64,000 nucleotides of DNA from a virus. Shown here piece after piece: positions 58,023-64,000 of the stretch. Position 1 is the first letter of the stretch. Every line of letters starts with the position of its first letter. The stretch spans positions 1 to 64,000 of the IMG/VR virus record IMGVR_UViG_3300047564_002169, one strand, 5' to 3'. The notes beneath the pieces were generated by a model. It worked only from the letters and a program-made list of their open reading frames with translations, was not told where the DNA came from and did no database searches. A program made the position numbers and the translations under genes.

Positions 58023-58283
58023 ATGTCGAAACAAGCAAAACTACTCAATTACCTAAACACTGGTGCTGAAGTGACTGCTCGTCAGATCTCTGGATCTTTT
58101 GGTTTGAAAAACCCTCATGGCGCAATCTATGAACTGCGCAATCAAGGTCACTGCATTTACAGCAACAAGGCTAAACTAGCTAACGGTACTGAAACTACTA
58201 AGTACCGTATTGGTCGCCCAACCAAGCGTATGGTCGCCATCGCCAATGCTGTTGCTGGCTCTCAGCTATTCACTCGTAGCTAA
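58023..58283 (+). CDS. Small basic winged-helix-like DNA-binding protein
   Basis: KLLNYL..G.EVTARQI..FG...P...IYELR.QG..I helix-turn-helix pattern; GGAG RBS. Confidence 0.7.
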   Translation: MSKQAKLLNYLNTGAEVTARQISGSFGLKNPHGAIYELRNQGHCIYSNKAKLANGTETTKYRIGRPTKRMVAIANAVAGSQLFTRS

Positions 58284-58336
58284 TCAGCCAATGGGTACTC
58301 TTTGAGTATCCATTAACGGTTTCGTTAGGAGATAAC

Positions 58337-58717
58337 ATGAATACTACCGATAGAAAAAAACAAATTGATGAAATTATAGCCAGTCAGAAAGTTGACTGGT
58401 CAGCCGGTCACAATGCTACGACTGGCGGTAGAAAGTTTGATGGTGGCAAACTACAGTATGGTCTACTTCCACCACTTGCCTTGGCAGAAACCGTAAAGGT
58501 GCTGACTTTCGGCGCAGAGAAATATGAACCCGATAACTGGAAGTTCGTACCAGATTCCAAACGCAGATACTTTGATGCGCTGCAACGACATTTGTGGGCA
58601 TGGAAACAGGGTGAAGTATTGGACTCAGAATCCGGAGTTCATCACCTAGCTCACGCAATGTGTTGTTTAATGTTCCTCTATGAACATGATGTGAAATACT
58701 CTAAAGATGAAAAATGA
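58337..58717 (+). CDS. dATP/dGTP diphosphohydrolase-domain protein (DUF5664-like)
   Basis: GRKFDGGK..Y.LLP, VLTFGAEKY..DNW, RHL.AW..GE..D.ESG.HHLAHA.CC..FL. Confidence 0.85.
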   Translation: MNTTDRKKQIDEIIASQKVDWSAGHNATTGGRKFDGGKLQYGLLPPLALAETVKVLTFGAEKYEPDNWKFVPDSKRRYFDALQRHLWAWKQGEVLDSESGVHHLAHAMCCLMFLYEHDVKYSKDEK

Positions 58718-58728
58718 TTAAAATGTTT

Positions 58729-58757
58729 TTGACGTTTAGCCGTTTTTAGCGTATAAT
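58729..58757 (+). promoter_or_regulatory. Sigma70-type promoter for gp45
   Basis: TTGACG-17 bp-TATAAT. Confidence 0.8.
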
Positions 58758-58799
58758 GTATTATACATAGTGATGTAGTTTAAATTGACAGGAGAAATA

Positions 58800-59459
58800 A
58801 TGAAACTTAGTAAAGAAACCTTGGCATTGTTTAAGAATTTTGCGAGTATTAACCAGAATCTTCTTTTGAAAAATGGTAATAAACTTGCCACTATTTCTTC
58901 ACAAAAGAACGTGATGGCAGACGCGACCGTCGCCGAAACATTCCCAGATTTTGCAATCTATGACTTGAATGAATTTCTTGGCGCCATGTCGTTGTTTGAT
59001 GACCCCGATCTGGGTTTTCAAGAAAAGTTTGTGTCTATCAGTCAGGGTAGTATGAAGATTAAATTCTTTGCAGCTGACGCTTCTGTTCTCGTCGCTCCAC
59101 AGAAAGCGATCACATTCCCTGAAGCAGAAATCAACTTTAGTTTGTCTGCTGCGAATCTGAATATGATTAATAAGACTGCTTCTGTTCTTCGAGCAGCAGA
59201 TGTGTCAATCGTTGGTGATGGGTCTACCGTCACTGCAGTTGTAGGCGACAAGAAGAATGCTAGTGGAAACTCTTTCAGTGAACCAGTTGGCACCACTGAC
59301 AAGACATTTAAAGTTAATCTGAAAGTAGAAAATTTGAAGATGTTGCCTGGAGATTACGCGGTATCAATCTCAAGCAAGAAAATCTCTCGTTTCAAGTCCC
59401 CAAACAGCGATCTAGTTTATTATGTAGCGGTTGAAGCTGATTCCTCATTCGAGTTCTAA
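58800..59459 (+). CDS. 45: Sliding clamp gp45
   Basis: MKLSKETL..KNFASINQ, FAIYDLNEFL, YYVAVE; ATG at 58800 after AGGAG. Confidence 0.95.
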   Translation: MKLSKETLALFKNFASINQNLLLKNGNKLATISSQKNVMADATVAETFPDFAIYDLNEFLGAMSLFDDPDLGFQEKFVSISQGSMKIKFFAADASVLVAPQKAITFPEAEINFSLSAANLNMINKTASVLRAADVSIVGDGSTVTAVVGDKKNASGNSFSEPVGTTDKTFKVNLKVENLKMLPGDYAVSISSKKISRFKSPNSDLVYYVAVEADSSFEF

Positions 59460-59460
59460 T

Positions 59461-59652
59461 ATGGAAGACCCATTTAAAAAAATGGTTGAGGATTTGTGTT
59501 CCGTTCAACCAATGGATTCTAATATTATGAAGAATCTATATCAAGCAGGTGAAACTAAAGAGGAATTGGAGAAACAGGGATATAAACCTGTTTCTCGTAT
59601 TGGTTTGTTGTGGATTAAAGACGAATCCCTTCCTGATCCACCTGCGCCTTAA
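59461..59652 (+). CDS. Small hypothetical protein
   Basis: ATG 1 nt after the gp45 stop; fills the gp45-gp44 gap. Confidence 0.65.
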   Translation: MEDPFKKMVEDLCSVQPMDSNIMKNLYQAGETKEELEKQGYKPVSRIGLLWIKDESLPDPPAP

Positions 59653-59672
59653 CTTGTGAATGGAGTTTTATT

Positions 59673-60626
59673 ATGATTGAATCTCGTGATGACCAGTTTT
59701 TGTGGGTTGAAAAATATCGACCACAAAACATTGATGCGTGTGTTCTTCCGGAAGGGTTGAAAAAAACCTTCAAAGAATATATTGCTCAAGGAGAACTTCC
59801 CACATTTATGTTCACTGGCACTGCAGGCGTAGGTAAAACTACTGTAGCCAAAGCACTGTGTAATGAAATTGGTGCTGAATATATTATGATTAACGGTTCG
59901 GACGAAGGTCGTTCGATAGACATCCTACGCACTACCATTCGCGGGTTTGCATCAACAGTTTCGCTCACTGATTCTAAAAAGGTCGTCATCATTGACGAGG
60001 CTGATTATATGAACCCGCAATCAGTTCAACCTGCGTTGCGATCATTTATTGAAGAATTTTCTGCAAACTGTCGATTCCTCTTCACGTGTAATTTTAAAAA
60101 CCGCATCATTGAGCCGCTTCATTCTCGGTGTGCTGTTATTGAATTTAAGATTGACAATTCTGAGAAACAAGCCATCGCTGCAACTTTCTTCAAGAGAGCG
60201 ACGCAGATTCTCAAACAAGAAGATGTACAATTTGATCCTAAAGTTGTAGCTGAACTTGTCACTAAACACTTTCCTGATTATCGGCGTATTCTTAATGAAC
60301 TACAACGATACTCCGTGAATGGTAAGATTGATTCTGGCATTCTGGTGAATATGTCCGAAGAATCTTTCAAGAGTCTCGTCAAACTGATGAAAGAGAAAGA
60401 TTTCACGGAAGTGCGTAAATGGGTAGCTAAACAATCTGATGCGGACACTACTACTCTTTTTCGCGAACTTTACGATTCTTCTGCACAACACATTGAAGCG
60501 AACAGCATTCCTCAGCTAGTTCTTATTCTAGCTGATTATCAGTATAAGGCAGCATTTGTGGCTGATCACGAACTAAATATTATGGCAGCACTTACTGAAA
60601 TTATGGGTAATTGCAAATTTAAGTGA
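59673..60626 (+). CDS. 44: Clamp loader large subunit gp44
   Basis: LWVEKYRP, GTAGVGKTT, IIDEAD, PLHSRC, FPDYRR. Confidence 0.97.
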   Translation: MIESRDDQFLWVEKYRPQNIDACVLPEGLKKTFKEYIAQGELPTFMFTGTAGVGKTTVAKALCNEIGAEYIMINGSDEGRSIDILRTTIRGFASTVSLTDSKKVVIIDEADYMNPQSVQPALRSFIEEFSANCRFLFTCNFKNRIIEPLHSRCAVIEFKIDNSEKQAIAATFFKRATQILKQEDVQFDPKVVAELVTKHFPDYRRILNELQRYSVNGKIDSGILVNMSEESFKSLVKLMKEKDFTEVRKWVAKQSDADTTTLFRELYDSSAQHIEANSIPQLVLILADYQYKAAFVADHELNIMAALTEIMGNCKFK

Positions 60627-60633
60627 GGGTACA

Positions 60634-60963
60634 ATGGAATTCTTTTTAGTTTTTTGTGTGTGTCTTTTCTTTTGGTTACACGGTGTATTTACTGGGTGGA
60701 ACCTACACAAACAATATACCAAGAACGGATCGCAACAGCCCGTCCTTCCGGATGATGATGAAAAGAACGAACAAGAAGATCTTGTACGAATCACCATCGA
60801 AGAACACCATGGTGTATTTTATGTCTACAATAAAAAAGACAATACATTCATGGCACAAGGTAAAAATAGGCAAGAAATAGAAGAAGTATTGAGTTCTCGT
60901 TTTCCGGGAAAACGCTTTGCAGCGACTTTAGAAGAGCTGCAAAAACTAGGTGTGCATGCGTGA
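60634..60963 (+). CDS. Hypothetical protein with N-terminal membrane anchor
   Basis: Hydrophobic first ~20 aa; FYVY....TFMAQG...RFP motif. Confidence 0.75.
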   Translation: MEFFLVFCVCLFFWLHGVFTGWNLHKQYTKNGSQQPVLPDDDEKNEQEDLVRITIEEHHGVFYVYNKKDNTFMAQGKNRQEIEEVLSSRFPGKRFAATLEELQKLGVHA

Positions 60964-61004
60964 CTACCGCGATATAGCGATTAACCTTTTTATTATGGAA
61001 ATTT

Positions 61005-61391
61005 ATGTCTTTATCACCATTTGACTTTATTAATGCTATTAGTCTAACTAAGAAAGATCTGATGGCAGACGACGAACTGGCGCATAAAGACTATGTACCA
61101 TTTATCGTAAATCGTGGTTTGTCATATTTTCCAGACACGATATTATATGCCAATGAAATGAATCTTAAGGCAGGTATACCTAATGATTGGCAGTTCTCTT
61201 TTTACCTAAATAGTATACCAAAGAAAAAAAGATTCAGTAAATGGCATAAAAAAGACACTGAGACTGAATCTTTTCGAATGGTCAAAGAGTACTACGGTTA
61301 TTCTGATGAGAAATGTAAAGAAGCCTTAACTGTTCTCACAGATCACCATTTGACTATGATAAAAGAAAAATTGTTTAAAGGTGGAAAATAA
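61005..61391 (+). CDS. 62: Clamp loader small subunit gp62
   Basis: PFDFINAI, Y.PFIVNRGLS, ANEMN, KKRFSKW, EYYGYS. Confidence 0.93.
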   Translation: MSLSPFDFINAISLTKKDLMADDELAHKDYVPFIVNRGLSYFPDTILYANEMNLKAGIPNDWQFSFYLNSIPKKKRFSKWHKKDTETESFRMVKEYYGYSDEKCKEALTVLTDHHLTMIKEKLFKGGK

Positions 61392-61816
61392 TGACTATAG
61401 AAATGGTTTACTACGACTGGACACCAGAGTCGATGCTTGAAGTGAGTCTGCCAGAACCAGACAACTTTCTAAAAATCCGAGAGACTCTAACTCGGATTGG
61501 CATTGCCTCCAGAAAAGAAAATAAGCTATATCAATCTTGCCATATTTTACATAAACAAGGTAGATATTTCATCGTACACTTCAAAGAATTGTTCGCTCTT
61601 GATGGTAAAGAATCTAACATCACGAGTGGCGATATTGAAAGAAGAAACGCTATTGCCAGTCTGTTGGCTGACTGGGATCTTTTAAAAATACTAAATACTG
61701 CACAAGCAGAACAAAAGGCATCTTTATCTCAAATCAAGGTAGTTTCTTATAAAGAAAAAGACCAGTGGGAATTGGTGCCCAAGTATAATATTGGGGCTAA
61801 AGTTAGGCGCTCCTAA
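61391..61816 (+). CDS. regA: Translational repressor RegA
   Basis: PDNFLKIRETLTRIGIAS, LYQSCHILHKQGRY.IVHFKELF. Confidence 0.97.
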   Translation: MTIEMVYYDWTPESMLEVSLPEPDNFLKIRETLTRIGIASRKENKLYQSCHILHKQGRYFIVHFKELFALDGKESNITSGDIERRNAIASLLADWDLLKILNTAQAEQKASLSQIKVVSYKEKDQWELVPKYNIGAKVRRS

Positions 61817-61872
61817 ATTTGAGGTATTTTAAAATACCTATATCATCACTTATAACATTGAAAGGAAATACA

Positions 61873-62097
61873 ATGACACAATTGACATTTGAATTGAGCG
61901 TAGAAGAGGCAAACACTATTCTTCGTGTTTTGGGCAAACATCCGTTCGACGAAGTCGTTACGTTGATCCAAAAAATTAAATCTCAAGGTGAACCACAAGT
62001 AGCTTCTCTTGCTGCAGCACCTGCTGCAGAAGAACCTGCTGCGGAAAATACTGTCGCACAAGAGCCTCCAACCAAGAGCCAGAAAGCTCAAAAATAA
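61873..62097 (+). CDS. Small hypothetical protein
   Basis: AAGGA RBS, ATG at 61873; helical core and Ala/Glu/Pro tail. Confidence 0.75.
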   Translation: MTQLTFELSVEEANTILRVLGKHPFDEVVTLIQKIKSQGEPQVASLAAAPAAEEPAAENTVAQEPPTKSQKAQK

Positions 62098-62127
62098 TTT
62101 ATCCTTCCGCACAAATTTGTGCGGGTG

Positions 62128-62155
62128 AAAACAAGGTCTATTCGACCTTGTTTTT
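62128..62155 (+). terminator. Terminator-like hairpin
   Basis: aaaacaaggtc-tattc-gaccttgttttt. Confidence 0.65.
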
Positions 62156-62326
62156 ATCGGTTGTTATCGTCCCGCATCTGGTCAGTAGAGTCAGTTCTTG
62201 CCGTGATGACAACCGATAAAAACAAATCTTAAGTCCCACTACCTTGGGAGCGTTGAAGCCACGGCATAAGGCGTCCGAGAAATTTCACTGTCCCTCGTTA
62301 GTGGACCCCGTATAAAGTAAGCGGGA
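62148..62326 (+). ncRNA. Candidate structured non-coding RNA
   Basis: 22-bp stem 62148-62169/62204-62225 followed by several short GC-rich hairpins in a gene-free interval. Confidence 0.4.
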
Positions 62327-62328
62327 TT

Positions 62329-62336
62329 TATAAATA
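62329..62336 (+). promoter_or_regulatory. T4-type late promoter TATAAATA for hsp20
   Basis: Exact match 55 nt upstream of the ATG. Confidence 0.7.
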
Positions 62337-62340
62337 CAAC

Positions 62341-62393
62341 AGTAGATGCCTTATGGGTCTACATTTTTAACTCGCTGAAAAGGAGAATATATG
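62341..62393 (+). promoter_or_regulatory. ROSE-like RNA thermometer in the hsp20 5' UTR
   Basis: UCGCU (62372-62376) positioned to pair with SD AGGAG (62381-62385), preceded by a gtaga..tctac hairpin. Confidence 0.6.
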
Positions 62394-62921
62394 CCAAACT
62401 TGCAATTTCCACACACATTCGCGTCACTGGGTAAAGACTTCGACAAATTTTTTGTTGGATTCGACGACCAATTCAATCGTCTAGCAAAAATGCACGACGA
62501 CTTGACAAAAAATATTCCTAACTATCCTCCATATAACATCAAGAAAGTTGATGACAACAAGTACGTCATCGAGTTGGCTGTTGCTGGCTTTAGTCAGTCA
62601 GAAATCGAGATAGAGTTTGTAGATGACAAACTAATCGTAAAAGGCAACGCTAAAGAAGACGAAACGCAAGACTATCTGTTTAAAGGTATTGCAACTCGTA
62701 ACTTCACTCGCGCATTCGCGCTCAATGACCAAATCGAAATCAAAGGTGCTGGTCTTTTGAATGGTATGCTTCAGATTGTTCTTGAGCGTATTATTCCTGA
62801 GCACAAAAAACCGCGAAAGATTGAGGTTTCCGATGGAGTGTCTGACTTTGGCGATATAAACCAAAAATCAGATCCTGAATTGTTATTGGAAAAGAAATTA
62901 GGAAAGAAAAAAATATTCTAA
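62391..62921 (+). CDS. hsp20: Small heat-shock protein (Hsp20, IbpA-like)
   Basis: NYPPYNI, IELAVAGF, KGIATRNFTRAF.L, NGML.I.L...IPE.KKPRKI. Confidence 0.95.
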   Translation: MPNLQFPHTFASLGKDFDKFFVGFDDQFNRLAKMHDDLTKNIPNYPPYNIKKVDDNKYVIELAVAGFSQSEIEIEFVDDKLIVKGNAKEDETQDYLFKGIATRNFTRAFALNDQIEIKGAGLLNGMLQIVLERIIPEHKKPRKIEVSDGVSDFGDINQKSDPELLLEKKLGKKKIF

Positions 62922-62937
62922 TTTTCATAAATTGTTT

Positions 62938-62966
62938 GGGGGAGAGCTTCGTTTCTCCCCTAAATA
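62938..62966 (+). promoter_or_regulatory. Hairpin abutting a CTAAATA late motif
   Basis: ggggagag-cttcg-tttctcccc followed by taaata. Confidence 0.5.
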
Positions 62967-62971
62967 CATTT

Positions 62972-63181
62972 ATGATGAGAGCAAAAATCACAAAAGACAT
63001 GATTTCATTTATCCCTGTTCGCCGGGGAGATTGGATATTCAAAATATCAGTTTGGAGAACTAAACATGTAGTAGTGATTGCGCAGAATGTTATTGATTTG
63101 CATATGATACATGTTGAGTGTTTTCAAAACGAAGAAGATGCAGCAGATTTTATTGAACGATTAACACGTGAGGAATTATGA
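62972..63181 (+). CDS. Small hypothetical protein
   Basis: ATG at 62972; ATGA overlap with the next gene. Confidence 0.65.
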   Translation: MMRAKITKDMISFIPVRRGDWIFKISVWRTKHVVVIAQNVIDLHMIHVECFQNEEDAADFIERLTREEL

Positions 63182-63495
63182 AACCAGGAAGTATTATAGT
63201 ATTTAAATTGGTTAGTGGTGAGGAAATGATTGCGGAAATTTTTAACGTGTCTGATTCTCATTATGATGTAAAAAACCCGTCAGTTATTATGCTGCAGAGA
63301 ACTGAACACGGCGTTGGTGTTGCATTAATGCCGTACATGCCATATTGCGATGGCGCTGTTACGTTTTACAAACAATCAATAGTCGCGCTCGCCGAACCTA
63401 GCCAGAATATGATCAATGAATATAATAGATTATATGGATCCGGCATTCAAGTAGCACCAGCTTCGGCTCTCGCCGGTCTACATCTAGCGTCTTAA
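63178..63495 (+). CDS. Hypothetical Sm-like protein
   Basis: FKLVSGEEMIAE, KNP, L.PYMPY, Y..LYGSGI; GAGGA RBS. Confidence 0.8.
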   Translation: MKPGSIIVFKLVSGEEMIAEIFNVSDSHYDVKNPSVIMLQRTEHGVGVALMPYMPYCDGAVTFYKQSIVALAEPSQNMINEYNRLYGSGIQVAPASALAGLHLAS

Positions 63496-63521
63496 CGGCT
63501 TAAAATAATAGCTTTATCCAT

Positions 63522-63545
63522 AAACCTTCTCTAGTAGAAGGTTTT
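63522..63545 (+). terminator. Terminator-like hairpin
   Basis: aaaccttct-ctagt-agaaggtttt. Confidence 0.7.
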
Positions 63546-63595
63546 CATGCTTCTAAACCCTTGTATTTACAGGGATTTCAGCCTCCAGAAAGTTG

Positions 63596-63624
63596 TTGCC
63601 TTTAATTGTGAATTAAAGTATAAT
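63596..63624 (+). promoter_or_regulatory. Early sigma70-type promoter
   Basis: TTGCCT-17 bp-TATAAT. Confidence 0.8.
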
Positions 63625-63691
63625 ATAGTTATAATGAGATAGGAAATATAATTTTGTGTTAACAGTTTGTTATCAGTTGAGGCGATAAACT

Positions 63692-64000
63692 ATGATCCTT
63701 GTTAAAGAAATTACATCAGATTGGGTTGGAGTTGTGCGCCCTCCCAATCACACATATTTGATGGATGATAGAATGACTTCCGTGATTGGTTACTTCAAAC
63801 AGCATAATCCAAATACCTTTCATTTGCTTAAAAACCCTCTGACCATAGACACCCGACGCCGTAAATTTAAAGTGTTGCAGACCGGCTATAAATTTGTGGG
63901 CGATAAAGAAGCCGCGCCACACTGGGTGATTGAAGGCTCCAGTGGTCACAAATATGTTGTCTCGCAAGATAAAATGGGGTATAATTGTTCCTGCGTTGGA
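63692..64000 (+). CDS. Hypothetical protein with probable SWIM-type zinc finger (partial, runs off the window)
   Basis: GAGG RBS; MILVKEIT...PNHTY...GSSGHKYVV......CSCVG, open to the window end. Confidence 0.7.
   Translation, partial: MILVKEITSDWVGVVRPPNHTYLMDDRMTSVIGYFKQHNPNTFHLLKNPLTIDTRRRKFKVLQTGYKFVGDKEAAPHWVIEGSSGHKYVVSQDKMGYNCSCVG

Noticed and set aside
62233-62326. tRNA, or HDV-like or hammerhead ribozyme
   Set aside because: No cloverleaf with a T-loop or CCA end; the HDV-type fold lacks P1.1 and a convincing P2; no CUGANGA/GAAA core. Kept only as an unassigned structured RNA candidate
697-63967. The many minus-strand ORFs in the six-frame track (e.g. 15480-16322, 22503-23519, 25029-25778, 55314-55844)
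   Set aside because: They are antisense shadows of codon-biased + strand genes, with no RBS or recognisable motifs
1-64000. Alternative genetic code (stop codon reassignment)
   Set aside because: Core genes are full length under the standard code, and TAA, TAG and TGA all end genes at expected positions

Overview
This 64 kb window is from a T4-like (T4-superfamily myovirus) dsDNA phage, and essentially all real genes are on the + strand. The order is: baseplate (PAAR gp5.4, gp25, gp6, gp7, gp8, a 2325-aa VrlC/DUF4815-type protein); a ~16 kb accessory tail-fibre/adhesin cluster (15.4-31.8 kb); neck, terminase, tail and head genes (gp13, 14, 15, 17, 18, 19, 20, 67, 21, 22, 23, 3) with a free-standing GIY-YIG homing endonuclease after gp21; and an early/replication block (frameshifted uvsY, uvsW, gp55, an AAA ATPase, gp47, gp46, a CobT/vWA plus CobS/MoxR pair, gp45, gp44, gp62, regA, hsp20). 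The most striking feature is the fibre cluster. It reads as a tandem duplication of a seven-gene fibre/adhesin block. The first copy lost about 4.8 kb internally and leaves a readable scar at 20089-20156, and its adhesin gene is fused in frame to the first gene of the second copy, giving a chimeric 1382-aa protein. Matching C-terminal and N-terminal motifs on consecutive genes suggest a chain-linked modular fibre. Other notable signals are a leftward sigma70-type promoter firing antisense into the late block, a structured 290-nt non-coding region with a ROSE-like thermometer before hsp20, a pseudoknot leader, no gp16 at its usual position, and a microhomology-type deletion in uvsY. All family assignments come from recognising sequence by eye; no database searches were run.
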